Assembly: GCA_051294375.1 (NCBI GenBank)
Contig: CM119267.1
Span: 7,354,749-7,418,748, forward strand
Origin: Paraspadella gotoi
Taxonomy: Eukaryota; Animalia; Chaetognatha
Direction of reading: 5' to 3'
Length of the DNA: 64,000 nucleotides
Both the position numbers and the translations under genes were made by a program. Below the pieces are notes generated by a model. The model worked only from the letters and a program-made list of their open reading frames with translations. It made no database searches and was not told where the DNA came from. The number at the start of each line of letters is the position of its first letter. Position 1 is the stretch's first letter. Positions 24,819 to 38,021 of the stretch are shown in pieces.

Positions 24819-27800
24819 TCAAACGTCGGCGATAAGATTGTCGATAAAGTCCCAATCGATGTATTGACTCTCGTCGTTGGCCGACGATTCCTCTATGGTC
24901 GGTGGACGACTCGGGCCTTTTTTCGGACTCTCCTTCCTCACCTCCGGGATGACCGTGGTCGTTCGCGACCTCGAGTCCGATCTCGGTTCCAACTCGAGAT
25001 GGGATCTCGACTCGAAATCCCTTCGGCCTCCGCGAAGGATTCGCTTGGCTCGAAGATCGAGCGGCGAATCCCCTCCTCCGTCTTCGTCGAGGAAAACCGC
25101 GAAAATCCGCTCCGTTTCCTTCGTCGTCAGTTTTTCGCTTTTCGTCGGCGACGACGACGACGCTTCTCCGGTTTTGACTCGAGCTTTGGAAGCTTTTCGT
25201 TCCGGACTGAAAATGGAGGAAAGAAAATAAAAGAAAGGTCTTTTGATCGAATGATCTTGAAAAAATCTTCAGGAAATGGGCTTCTTTCCGCCTCGCGTCA
25301 TATCAACCTTAATTATGTTGGGAAATATATAAGCAATTAAGCATACCCTCGAATTTTGTTTTCATCTCTCCCGCGGTGTTCATTTGGCGACTTCAAAGCT
25401 AAGCTCGAGGCAACTCTAGCAGAAGGTCGAAGAATTACGGTGCGCGGGGCAGAAGCGGCTATCCGCTTCAAACGCTAAAAAAAAAAGAAACATTATTACC
25501 TATAATATAGGTAATAGGCTATATTTATAGGATGTGCTATAATATAGTATACGATACCATGCTACGTATACAGCGTAACCAACCTCGGTGTAATTCAATG
25601 GTTTGTTTCTCGGTCTCCGCGCCACGATGGGATTTTGAAGGCGCACCAAATCCTCCATTGGCTGGCGACGTCGCGTCGACGGAGTCGGCGGGGTGGGCAG
25701 CGCGAAAGGTGGGAGGACATCTTGTCTCGCCGATGCCCTGCCGCGTCGAGACCCACCCTGACGACGCTGAGGCTGTGGGGGCTGTGGCGGCCGTGAAGAG
25801 CGAGGAATTGACAAAGAACGCGGTCTCGGTTGCCGATTACTGAAAGATACATTTTATACATACATTAAATAACTTACAACAGTTGAGGGGAGAAACCCAC
25901 TTAAGAGTGAGGATTTGGATTTCTACTTATTCTTGGTCTGTCAATAAAGATCTCGCTCTTTATCGAACTCACAAAAAACTATGGCATATAAATAAAAATA
26001 AATAAAAATAAAGATTCACTTACTCTGTTTTCCTCGTCGGCGGTCCGTCCCTCCTTCCTCGACCGAAACGCGTTTCTCTCTTCTGCCGCGCGTCGTCGTC
26101 CATCATCACGCGCATCAAATCCGCGGCGGCTTCGACGCGTCTAGTGAAGGCGTCCTCGTCGATGGCCCGAGTGGCGCTCGGAACCTCCGACGAAGGCCGC
26201 GTCGAGGGAAGAGCGACATCCCCGGCGCCGACCTCGGGTCTTTCCGGACTCGTTCGTCGCGAGTCCAAATCCTCATAAAACCAACGACGATCGAGTTCTG
26301 TCGATCCAGCGACGGAAGCGAAGGGTCGACTCGCAGGCGAGGGCGTCCGCAGCGGCGGAGATGTCTGAAGCGGCGTCGACGAAGGGACCCGAGCGTCTGC
26401 GTCGGCGAAACTTGGCATCGGGGACGAATGGAAAACGGGAACAAAGGCGGTTGAATCGACGGCGGCGATCGACTCTGACTTGACACCAAGATATCCAGGA
26501 CTCTCCCCTCCGGCAGTCCAGGAAGAGGCGACGTCGAAGGTGCGGCCAGCGGAATCGTCTCCCGCGAGGCGGAAAGTCTTGGTCGGAGAAGCGAGGCTCG
26601 AGAACTTCGTCGGCTTAGCACGGATATTTCCCGAATCCCGCGGTGGAGATTCGTATGGAGTCTCCATCGTTGCCAACGTTATATTCACCGCTGGTCTAAA
26701 GTCGCTTTTTTCTTCTGTCATTTTGTGAATGAGACTCAGTATGCCCATTCCAACAGGTGGAGAGGTGTCGCCGATCCCGGGAACGGCGGGGACGGAGGTA
26801 ACTGGCCGCGGTCGTAATTCCAAGGAATGTTCCGTTCGGGGATCAACTTTCAAAAAAGCCCCTCAATTCCTCGATCTGCTTCTCGATGGTTTTGAACTGG
26901 TCCGTGCCAGACTTGAACGGGCCCTCGATAGTGCCGGCACGCCCAATTCCTGGCTCGCACAAAACAGCGTTGATACGCTCTTTCCCCGACGATGCGAAGC
27001 CGGGATCGTGAAGGTTGGGTCGTAATTCGTTAAGGACCTCTTTGCGAATGGTGGAGGAGGCCTCTGCGGTTGAAGGGTGATCTCTCACGGAAATCAAAGT
27101 GACGTCTTTCGGTTTTGGCTCCGAATCTGGACCAGGTCTTGCGACGGAGTCGACGATGCTGACCAGGCAACGAGATTTGTCGTCATCGACCGCAGCGGCT
27201 TCTGCGGTCATCGTCGTCGCCGCCAGCAACAGCGATGCGGGCGTGTATTCCGTTCGAGCAACGACCGGCAACATTTCAAGAGGTCGCGCTTTTGCATTTT
27301 TCTCCAGTAAAATTAGATCGTCAGTTTGTAGCATTTTATGCAGAGTTTTACTCCGACATTCCGTCTGCAATTGTTTGTCTATAATAATAGATTTATTTTC
27401 GCGATTTTTGACGTAATAGTCGAAAGTTTTAACCTTATCAGCAGCCTTCACGGAATTAGCCACGTGACCCATGGCCGCCGATATTCGGAACTGCATTTCC
27501 GCCGTGGTTGCATTATCGTGATTCGGCACAGTGCTTGCGGCCGAATAATTTTTAACGGGCGACGTTTGCGTTTCTGAATTTTTCAGCTTGTGGGAAGATT
27601 TTTCAGGGATATCAGTTTGAAATGTTTTCTCTTCTTGATTTTCATTTTTTGTCTGGAGATTTTTATCAGCCTTTTCCCTTCCAATTTCATCGGTTTGGAG
27701 TATTTTGTCAATCTTGTCACTTTCCTTCAAGGATTCCTTAAAATATCCCATTGCAGCAGCAATTCGAAACTGTAATTCAGCCGCTGTTGTGTCAAAATTA

Positions 27801-30800
27801 GATGGTGGAATTAATAAGCTTTCAACTTCACCACGAGAAGTTTGTGTTTTTGTAGCGGTTGGAGTTTCTGAAGATGTAACTTTTCGAGACGATTCTACAA
27901 CCGCAGAATCAATTGTTTGCGTTTCAGTAGTTTTGCAACGAAATTGCACGGGTTCTTCCGGCAGAATTTTACTCTTGGGCCGTGTATTCTTTTCAGGCAA
28001 ATTAATTGTCAAAAACGGAGTAGGATTGTATGGAATATTATTCGCTGTTCGTTTTCTAGCTTGCATCAAAGCAAATTCTCTCACTTTGTTTGGATTGATA
28101 ACTAAACGCGATTGAACATAAGGTTTTTCTTTTTTTGTATTATTTTTTAATTGTAGAAGTGGGAGTGGTTTTGACTGCGTACTTTTTTCATTAACATTGC
28201 ACGGAATACTTGGTTTTCTGGAAATAGGTGGTAATTTGATGTCGTCCATTTTAAAATCCACATTGAACATATTGAAAAAGGGCATGGAATGCCCGTTTAA
28301 AAGTCGATCATTGTCTCTGCCTCTCACGTGAGGTGTGATTGCTGGTTGAAGTTCAAGCAACGGAAACCCATTAACCTTCATCGTTGGGCTCGGTTTTCGT
28401 GGAGGTAAGTAAATCCCAACGGACTTTTGTGACTCCATAGTTACATGACTTTCAAATGATTTTACTATAGATTCGTCGTGAAAATCAAGCTCCGAAAATG
28501 ATGAAAAAGTTGGCGAGCATTTTGCATCAACATAAGATAATTTTTTTAAACTTGACTCATGATTTTGAGGCTCAAGTTGAACTGTCTTCGTCTCAAATTC
28601 TGTGATTGTAACGACCTCATAATTTAACACAAAACATTTTAAAACGTCTTCAAAAAAAGGTGAAGAACAATCATTTTTAAAGTCATTTTTTGTAGAGTTT
28701 AAGGTTTTTGCTTGAGTCTCTTTAATTATAGTTTTTCCAGTTTTAAATAACACTTTTTTTTTGTTTTTTCTTTTTATTGACACTGAAAAAATGAAAAATT
28801 AGGTCTTAAATATATGCATGTATAGAAAAAGAAAATATACAGACTAAAGAAACTAAAAGCAAAAAGAGAACTACATATAACTATAATTATTTCATTTACC
28901 TGATTCTTTTTTAGGGATAGGAGATATTTCACTTGTAGTTCTCAATTGGATTCTTAGATGTTTTTTTGTCGGTAGATTATTTCGGGAAAATTGAATATTT
29001 GCAAATACCAAAGGCGAAAATATTTTTAATTTTATTGCAAACGTCTTAACGCTTTGGATAAAAACGTCAGTTACGTCAGATAATTTTTGAAGGTAATTCA
29101 AGCTTTGGAGTAGTGAGCATATTCTTTTACTGGGAGATTTTATTCTTTCATGCCCAAGAGTAATTGAATATTCAATTAAAGAATAAAATGCTTTATTATC
29201 TTTAGGGAAAAATTTTAACACAGGAGTTCTTGATGACGAATGTGTTAGAATGTTTTGAGTGAATCTTGATGAAGATTTCGAGCTCATACATGTTACACCA
29301 GATTTTGAATAGAAACTCTTAATATTACCGACTCGGATAAACTCTTTACAAAATTTATTTTTAATAATCGACCGAGTGGTTAAAAAAAAATTTATTTTGT
29401 CCCTAATTGACTGACCTGTATTATTAAATTCATTCTCATAATTATGAGGTTTTAAAAACTCAGAAAATAATATGTTTAAAGTAATTTCTGATTTTTTAAA
29501 TGAGTTTGACATTATATCAAACCATTCAAACAACTGTACGAAAAAATGAGGAAATCTTTCATGGGGATACGCACCAAATGCCGTATTTTGAAACTCCGGA
29601 AAGCGAGGATCAAAAACAAAGTTTTGATACCCACGTACGCTTTTCTTTAACTGCTTCTCCTTTTTAACTTCTGTAGAACAACATTCAAGGAATACTACGT
29701 TCAAGTTTTTATCATCATCATCATCATCAGTATGGTGCGCCTTAACTTTCACAAAGGAACGCCATAGTTTCAAAACCTCTTCCAGTTTTTCTTCTACTGA
29801 TGGTTCTATATCTTCTTGATCGTGAAAAACTTGGGCTAACATAACAGCCGCAGTTTTGTCATTGCCCAATAACTGAATGATTGATAATAAACACAGTTCA
29901 ATCTCTGGCCTCGCTTGAATAAAAATACTAAATGGTAGAAATTGTTGAGCCCACAAAAAAGTCGCCTTTAGCAATTTTCTTTCCGAATTAATATCGATTT
30001 GCCCATGACCAAGTTTTCTTAGACAATAACTGACTTGATCTCTCACGTGAAACAACCAAACAACAGTCAACATTGATCGATACTCGCTAAAAACCATACT
30101 AATTTCACTATTAGACCAAGAAAATTTTGATTTCTCTTTGTCGTGATTAAATTTATCTGCATATGATTCAAGTTTTTTACTTAATTTATTATCAACTATG
30201 AAACACGTTTTCGTAAATTCCTTCATTCCATCTTTAATTGACTGAATTAAAATATGTGTGAGATTCAGACTTTGGAACAAAAAAATTATTAACCTCACAA
30301 TAAATGAAACTATCTTTCTAGTTTTCGCTTCAGCGACAAACAAAGAACTCTCTACTATATTTTCTCCGTCAGTTCCTACTATCTGTGGCATGAATACCGG
30401 CGGAGAAGGGAGATAAAATTCCGGACAGACGAAAGGCTCAATATTTGCTGAGTAAAACAATAAAATTGACGTTAACTTTTTGAAAGTCCATGGCACGATA
30501 GGAACTCGGGCGGATTTTCCAATCAACAACAGCTCCGAAACGCGCTCAAATATTTTTTTCTCGTCTTGCTCACCCCCACTCGATGTTAATAACTCAACTG
30601 ATTGCTTCAAAAGTTTTTTAACGACGTATTTTGATACTTGTAGAGAATAAAAAGAATTGTTTTTAAGAAAGTCTGCTGCAAGCGCCACGCCGAAACTTGT
30701 TTTCCAGTCCCCAAGGCTAAACGCAAAAGCAGAAGCGTGGTCCAGTCTGCCAGTCAACAGAAAAAGATCAAAGACAAGAGTACTGTCACAAACATCGCTT

Positions 30801-33372
30801 TTCTCCAGTTTATGTATGACACAGAAGATATATTTTGCGTCGAATCGAGACGAAGGAAAAAATAATGTCAACTGGTCCGAGTGTTGATCCTGTATATTTG
30901 AGATTAAATTTGCAATAAAGAAGACAACTGTTTTAAACAGACTCAAGTAAAGAGAGAGATTTGGTTCGGAATCTGGACGCCCCTCAGGAAAAATATTGGC
31001 GAACCACGTTTCTATGAGACTGAAGGAAATGGAAAGATCTCGATACCGGAAGCTTACGAGCAGAAAGTTGCGTAGCTTCGCCATTTGAGAGATTAGCTGG
31101 CGAGAGTGACAGCGCTCCAGAGCACAAATCTCCTCTACATCACTAGCTTCGACTTCAATGTCGATTCCTGAGTAAAATTTCTCGAAGAATCTTAAGTTTT
31201 TTACCATTCTCGGTGATTTCACACTCAAAAAAGGATAATACCACTGAATAAAACAGAAACGTGACCTTTGATCTGACCAATCTTTTTGGCGCATTTTTAT
31301 TTTCTTAGCGAATTTCGTGAGACAATTTACGACGTCGCTCGTTAAGAGTTGGGTCGAATAGCGCAAAATTTTTTCGGCTAGTTTGATCTGCAACATTAGG
31401 TGCTCGTCCAAGTTATTCTGATTCTGTTTGATAAAAACTTTGGGCATTTGAGCAACGAGAAACAAAAAGTTCGTCTTTAAATTTCCATTTACGTCGAACA
31501 ATGAAAATTGAAGAATGTCGAAGCAAGCGAGGATAGCATTTGCTCGGGTTTTAAGTAGATGGCGAATCGCTTTAACTGTCCTTCGACACAAAATGTCGGC
31601 CAAGTTCGCCATCTCTCTGGTCCAAGTTTCGTTCGATGGGTAACTAGCCAACAGGCCCCAGGCTGACTTAATCGGACCAAAGACTCGATCTTCCTCCAAA
31701 AATAAGTAGTGCGCCGAAACGTCAACGATCGATTGGCAGAGAGGCGTCGACACCATCGAGGATCGCGCCAAGGAACCCGTCGTCTTCGAAGTCTCGCTTA
31801 ACTCTGATGCGGTAGAGATCTCGTTGGTTTTAACCGAAATCGCTTCAGTCTTATCGTCGGCGCAGAGCTTTTCCACGATATCAAGCATCTCCCGCCGCGA
31901 GTGGGCCAATGCCTCTAACGCCTCTTCACCCTCCGATCCCGCCTTTCGACGGAGCGCCATTTCTTTGACAGCGGCGTCGATCTTTTCTGCCACTAAGGAC
32001 GCCCGGAAAAAAGCGTCACCGCGACAAGGAGCGCCGTGACGCATAAGGACCGTCACCATGTAACCGTCAGAGACGAGAAGCAAAGACGGGTCTCGTGGAT
32101 GTACGCTGACGCAGTATAGTTGGCGTCGAGGTCGGGTCGGGACATGCGATGGGGGGACCTCTTCCCCACGATGATCCTCTTCTTTAACGACAAGGGGATG
32201 TAGGCAAAGAAACGGCGCCGGTCCCAAACCAATCAATTGGCCTTCCGATCGCAGCATCAGCGGCTCCCCTAATGGCGTTAACACAAACAGCGATCCCTGT
32301 CTCGTGAGAACTAAAAGAAGCAGAGAATCCACCGTCCACTTCATATCCGTCGTCCAAAACCAACGATGATTCCATGACATCGGACTAGGCGCCCCGGAGC
32401 CAATCAATCGAGTCTCGACGGCGCCGCGATTCCAAGGACAAGTGAGAAATAAAACGCGATTGGCGTGAGACACCTTCTGGTTCACAGCCAGGGCCAAAAC
32501 TGCGTCAGAAGACGGCGTCGGTGACAACGCCGCCGAGAGGGAACCGGTTTCGTCCGGAAGGACGCCGCCCGGAACGGCGAGTCTCAACTTCAAATGATTC
32601 AATTGCCATTTGGTGTTAAAGTTACAATCGGGATCGGCGCGGGGGAAACACCTGCGGCGTGACAGAGAATCGAGTTTTGACCAAACGAGGGATAAATAAA
32701 CGAACCGCAGATGTTCGTTATCCGCGTAGCACCAAACGCCACGAAAGCCGTAGTCGTCGGCGAATCCTGCATCCACCGCCGTCTCGGGATGCCGATCGAT
32801 CGAGGGCGGGACCGACTCGCCAGTGGAAAGGAACGGGGATTTGACTTTCGTCCATCGCCCGACTCCGTGACTTTCTCTTTCCCAGACAAAAGCGACCGCC
32901 GTGCAAAGGACTACGACTCGATTGACGGAGTCGGCGACGCAAAGGCGATCGCCTCGACAATCGACAATCGACAATCGAGATCGAAATTCGTCCAAACCAG
33001 AAATGAATTGGACAGAATCGTCATCTTTGGTCCATACGAAGAGATCGCCCGAGGTCAAAAGCCCTATCATGTGACGAGCATTTTTTGAGAAACCTGCGAA
33101 GAAAAATAAAAATTGTCTTCATTATTCTCTTTTTTTTTTGACTACTAGTCTCTTCATCATCGCTTACCCAACAACTGCACGTCTTTCATCAAGGGGTCAA
33201 TCTTTCTAATCTTTCTCGTCCTTCCATTCGTCGACAAAATGCCAACTTTCCCGGTTCGAGCGATGACGAGTTCTTCGTCCTTTTTGCCAACCCATCTGAC
33301 GATCGGCCAAGGATTTCGCCTTTGGATGGCAAATGTCGAGACGACATCAAAGTCGGTTACTGGCAAAGACAT
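24819..33372 (-). CDS. CPLANE1: Ciliogenesis and planar polarity effector 1 (C5orf42/JBTS17) homologue
   Basis: N-terminal PWPIVRWVGK, GLLTSGDLFVW, LALAVNQK, WTVDSLLL..RQGSL, GPAPFLCLHPL, LLVSDGYMVT, YLPSPP and C-terminal IDWDFIDNLIADV match the recalled CPLANE1 sequence. One frameshift at the A6 run, 26852-26857. Confidence 0.88.
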
Positions 33373-33522
33373 AATCGGGACTGACCCAACATCGGTTTTA
33401 GCATTGTGGAAAAAGATTGACCGTCATTTTCTATTTTTTTATTTAAATCTAAAAATAATAACAATAAGATCAACAAATAGGACGATTAAACGGGTAGAAT
33501 AGGGTCGTCAAATCCTCCCTTC

Positions 33523-34558
33523 CTATTCCAGTATCATCATTTCGTTGTATCCCTTCGACTTGAACTTTTTCCCCGATCGAGCGGCGCTTCTCTGAACGAG
33601 TGAGTTCCCGTAGATCGTAAAAACGAATCCTGCCAGTTCCAAGCGGAAGACGCAATTGTTTTTAGGAACGACTTTAACGACATCGGACTCCGTCGCCAGT
33701 TTAAACACGTTCCGCGTCTCCTGTACTACGATTCCGACCATCCCCACGAGCGATTTGTTTTTCGACTCGGCCACCGTCACTAACGCTCCGTGAAAATCCG
33801 CCGATTGGATTTGCTTGGGCCATTGCTTCGAATCCCTGGCCGGTCGCGTCCCTGACGGGTCGATATCCAGGAGTCGCATCGCGTACTGTTCCCACAGACG
33901 ATGGAGGCCGAAAAAGTCGGAAAACTTTTGGGATTTGGGGATATCAAAGAGTTTTAACGAACGTTTCTCTTTGGCTGTGAGACTCTTAGATTTCGTGTTG
34001 TAGAGTTTTCGTTTGAAGACTTTACGCTCAGACGCAGAGAACTGAGGAAAGAAGAGGAGAGTCCGGGATAAAAAAGTTTAATAAAATGAAATATGGGAAT
34101 ACGTATGTACGATCTAATACTTAAGGGAGTGGTCTTTTCATACAATTGAAACATTGAAACACTGGGAATGAATAAACGAGGCTGAGAGAGTCTTGATTGA
34201 AAGCTTGCAGGGACCTGCTATGTAATTATCTTGTCAGAGTGATGGAGGCCAAAACCACTAAAGCCTGTCCAAAGTCAAAGACAAGATAGCTTATTTATTA
34301 AATGAATGGATAATTTTTATATTGGTTGTACCAATTTCATTGATATTAAAGACTATCAATTAAAGGTCTGTTTTTGAAAAAAACTTTTCCCACCTGGGTA
34401 TACGAATGTAGATTCTCCTCTATTTCGCGCTTCTTGCTGCTAGAGACTTTTGCCGCCAAAAAAACCGACAAAAAATCGTCCTTCAGCGTTTTTTTTCCGG
34501 CGTCGGCCAAAGAAAACGCCTCTTCCTTCAATGGCTGATAAACGTTTTTAATATCCAT
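33523..34558 (-). CDS. POP4: RNase P/MRP subunit p29
   Basis: LTAKEKRSLKLFDIP..LHRLWEQY..ADFHGALVTVAESKNKSLVGMVGIVVQETRNVF..VPKNNCVF..TIYGN..RSAARSGKKFK. Confidence 0.93.
34183..34340. repeat. Dispersed ~160-bp intronic element, copy 1 (POP4 intron)
   Basis: Shares GAGAGAGTCTTGAT.GAAAGC, TTATCTTGT.AGAG.GATGGAGGC, CTGTCCAAAG, ATTAAATGAATGGA and ATATTGGTTGTACCA.TTTCAT with 46045-46223. Confidence 0.8.
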
Positions 34559-34631
34559 CGCTGTAAAAATATAAAATTGGGTCAAAGCAGTGAAATTATA
34601 TTGTAATAATAACAATAAAAAAAAAATTGGA

Positions 34632-35174
34632 TCAAATTTGAATCCGAGAAATTGTGGTAAAATTCGAGTCCCCATAATCGAAAATCGAATCCAAGTCTTC
34701 GATCGCGTTGTTTTCATCGTCGTTGTCACAGCCGTCGTCCATCGGCGTTGGTTCCGCGTTCCTCGCTTCTCGTCGATGTTCCCAGTAAGACGCGTTTCCG
34801 TTTTGCCTATGAAACTTGGCAGCGGCGACGGCGAAGGACAATCGCGAGGTGGCCGAGGTAGTTAACTTTGACGGCGCCGAAGCCGAAGCGGCGCTCGATC
34901 TCGAAGGGTTTCGCGCCAAAACGCGGGGTAATAGTCGAACTTCCGCGACGGACCGCGTCTTAGAAACTGTTGATTCCTGCTGAACTGATTTCGGGTCATC
35001 GGAACGCACGAGTGAGGTATAAAACGTCGTTGCTTGTGCTTCGGCGGAAGCTGGAGTATCCATAAACGGGGGAATGTACGAGCCATCTGCTTCGGTAGAA
35101 AAATTGCGGCGCAAGCAGTTTGCGCTACGAAATGTTTTCAGATTCGGGGATGGAGACGATGAGCGACGTTTCAT
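34632..35174 (-). CDS. Hypothetical 180-aa protein (single exon, S/T-rich, acidic C-terminus)
   Basis: Open frame fills the RRP15-POP4 gap on the same strand, with coding-like GC content flanked by AT-rich spacers. No recognised motif. Confidence 0.55.
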   Translation of the reverse strand: MKRRSSSPSPNLKTFRSANCLRRNFSTEADGSYIPPFMDTPASAEAQATTFYTSLVRSDDPKSVQQESTVSKTRSVAEVRLLPRVLARNPSRSSAASASAPSKLTTSATSRLSFAVAAAKFHRQNGNASYWEHRREARNAEPTPMDDGCDNDDENNAIEDLDSIFDYGDSNFTTISRIQI

Positions 35175-35298
35175 TTTTTTTAGTGTATCTCTTTTTCAAG
35201 ACATTTTTCCTCCTTAACGAAAATAAATTAACTAGTAAGTTTCATTATTTCCATATAAAAATCAACAACAAAACTCGAAAAACGGAAACAGGTAAGGA

Positions 35299-36156
35299 TC
35301 ATTCTTCTCCGCTGTCGCTCTCCTTGTCCCAGTCCTTCATGCTCTTTCCTTTCGTCATCATGAAATCGTCCTTGAGAATCTTCCAAGTCGACTCCGAAAC
35401 GGGCAGTCTCGTTGGTTCCTTGGCGACTGAGAGTTTTTCCGCCTCTTTCGTCGCGCCTCCTTTCCCTTTCCCCTTCAACATGTCGATGAAGTCTCCTTTA
35501 GTCACGGTCTTCAAAACGGCGTCTCTCTTAAACTCGGATTTTCCCTCCTTCTTCAACTTCTCCTTGACGTCCTTCTGATGCTTGTTGACCGCATTAAAGA
35601 GTTGGATGACGCCGCGCGTGGCGACGCGTTGGAGTGACCGTTCAAAGTTGCGCTCTAAAATGTGGGGCTTGATTCGCCCGAATGTCTCGTCCCCTTTCTT
35701 TTCTCGTTTGGTACTTCGCTTTCGATCGGCGACGTCGTCGACCGACTCGGCCTTCCGGTTATCGACATCTTCGACGGGAGTTTTCATGTTCCCTTGGGCG
35801 TCGGCGATTTCCAAATCGTCCGACTTCGTGGATTTCTTTTTCATGACGATGTCTTTGTCCTTTTTCGCTTTGGACAAGATCGGTTTGTTCGTGGCAAGGA
35901 TCTTGGCCATCGCGTCAGCCCATCCCGAGTTGCCGTCGCTGGCGGGTTTGGATTTTTTCTCTTTGGGTTCGTCGTCATTGTCGTCCTCGTCCTCCAAGTC
36001 GTCCATCAAAAATTCATCTTCTTCGTCATCATTTTCCTCGTCGTCGCTATCCATCTCCTTTCTCTTTCGATTTTCCCTACTATGGCCAAGGTCGTTCCCT
36101 TCGGCAACAGCATTAGGAGAGACTAAGGTTTCTTCTGAATCGTCCTTCTCGTTCAT
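35299..36156 (-). CDS. RRP15: RRP15-like ribosome biogenesis protein
   Basis: GWADAMAKIL, ERSLQRVATRGVIQLFNAVNKHQK, WKILKDDFM..MKDWDKESD. Confidence 0.95.
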   Translation of the reverse strand: MNEKDDSEETLVSPNAVAEGNDLGHSRENRKRKEMDSDDEENDDEEDEFLMDDLEDEDDNDDEPKEKKSKPASDGNSGWADAMAKILATNKPILSKAKKDKDIVMKKKSTKSDDLEIADAQGNMKTPVEDVDNRKAESVDDVADRKRSTKREKKGDETFGRIKPHILERNFERSLQRVATRGVIQLFNAVNKHQKDVKEKLKKEGKSEFKRDAVLKTVTKGDFIDMLKGKGKGGATKEAEKLSVAKEPTRLPVSESTWKILKDDFMMTKGKSMKDWDKESDSGEE

Positions 36157-36330
36157 ATTTTTTTTTTCAATCAAGAGCTTAATTAAACATTTAAACCATG
36201 TAAATTTGTAAATATATGACGAAGTAATTGATGCGACAAATATGGGTAAAAACAATAACTTTTTTTCCCAGCGGTGGGCTAAAAAAAATAAAAAAACGTG
36301 AACAACACCCACACTCCCCAAAACAACAAA

Positions 36331-37850
36331 TCACTTTGAGAAAAATTTCATGATGGCATTGACGCACTCGGCGCTCTGCCATCTCTCGATCAGTCGGTCG
36401 CACTCGCTACGATTGACTTTTCTCAGTCTTTCTCGTTCCTCTTCGGGTCGCATCAAGGCCTTGGAATGCAGAAGGCTGCCTTTGGGCAACTCGGCGTAAG
36501 AGTGAACCAACGACCACGCTTTTTCTTGGAATTCGCCGTCGGGAAAAACTTCCGTGACGAGGCCGAGGGCCGAAGCTTCGGAGGCCGTCAGTTTTTTGTT
36601 GAACAATAAAACTTCGCCTGCCTGAAACGTTAAAGAATTAATATCGCTAAAGTAACTGCCTCACGGCCCATTTAAGTTTAACAGAAAGGGCTAACACCTT
36701 TTGCGGCCCGAGAATCTTCGGAAACGTGTCAGAAGAGCATCCTTCGGGAGTTTGACCCAGAGATGAAAAAGGCGTGTGAAAGGTGGCGCTTTCCGCAGCG
36801 TAAACCGCGTCGAAAAGACCCAGGACCGTAACGGCCACCCCAACGGCCGGACCGTTGATCATGCCGATCAAGGGCTTGGGGAAATTAATGTAGGCATTCA
36901 CGTAATTTTCCAAAATGTCACCGCCTTTTTTGGCCATTTCCGGCATGTCATCAGGAGCGACATTCATAAAGTTGCCGAGATCGTTGCCGCTGCTGTAGAA
37001 GTCTCCGGCTCCGGTCATCGTCGCCAGAACGACCGAGTTGTCGGCGGCGCCTGAAACAATAAAAATTTTAAAATGGAGGAGAGAGAAATCCACCCCCTCC
37101 AAAAAAAGAACTCGGAAATGAAACGAACCTTCGGTTAATGCCCGTTGAAGCTCTTCGTACATGCCATAGTTTATGGCGTTCTTTTTCGCGGGACGATTTT
37201 TTGTAATCTTTAAAATACCCTTTTCCTTCTTAACAACGAGTTCTTTATAATTTCCCTAGAAGAAAATTTGATTGTCAATATAAGTCTTTATTGTCTATCA
37301 GGTTTATCTCAGAGAAAATTGTGTATTCGTGCACCTCTGAAACCGCATCAACCACAATCGTATTGTCATTGATAAGAGACGCGACCACCTCCACGTACTT
37401 TTTCTTGGCGTCGTCCTGTGATAAATTACCTTAGGGTCGAAATAACAAATTTACGATTAAGATCGCTAATGAAATTTATACAGTACGTAGACTAATGAAG
37501 ACTTAACTAGTAAACTCACCTAGATCATTCCAAGCCGTCCACTTGGCACGTCCCACAAAGTCCGTCATCCCGGGTTTCTTCGCATTGCAGGTTCCGATGG
37601 TTGCTTGCTTGAATAAAGCATAAAGTTGCAGTTTGATTTGGTTCCCAGGATCCTCCGTGAGAGAACCAAGATTGTCTTGCGCCTTTTTAAAATCGGCGTC
37701 GGCTTGGCGCGATGGAACCGCCACGCCGAAACATCGCGTGCCTCGCGGAGACAGGGCAACGAAGTTTGAGTCCGTTAGTCTCAACACAGAAAACAACGAA
37801 CGACCCACAGAGGTAGGAGTCGGCAGTTTATGACAAAAAGAAAGCGCCAT
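36331..37850 (-). CDS. ECI2: Enoyl-CoA delta isomerase 2 (ACBP + crotonase domains)
   Basis: ACBP KLQLYALFKQATIG..KPGMTDFVGRAKWTAWN; crotonase YSSGNDL, NGPAVGVAVTVLGLFD, PFSSLGQTPEGCSS; mitochondrial-like N-terminus. Confidence 0.95.
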
Positions 37851-38021
37851 TTAAAAATTGATCGAGAAAATAGGAGCTAAATGGCTGAAAATATATTAAA
37901 ATAACAATAATAATGAAAATTAAAATTTCATAAAAATAAAAACGTGATTTAAATATTCAAATAAATAAACTTTCAATCGTGTAACTTCAGAAAAAAGATT
38001 AAGAACATTTGCCTCGTTGGA

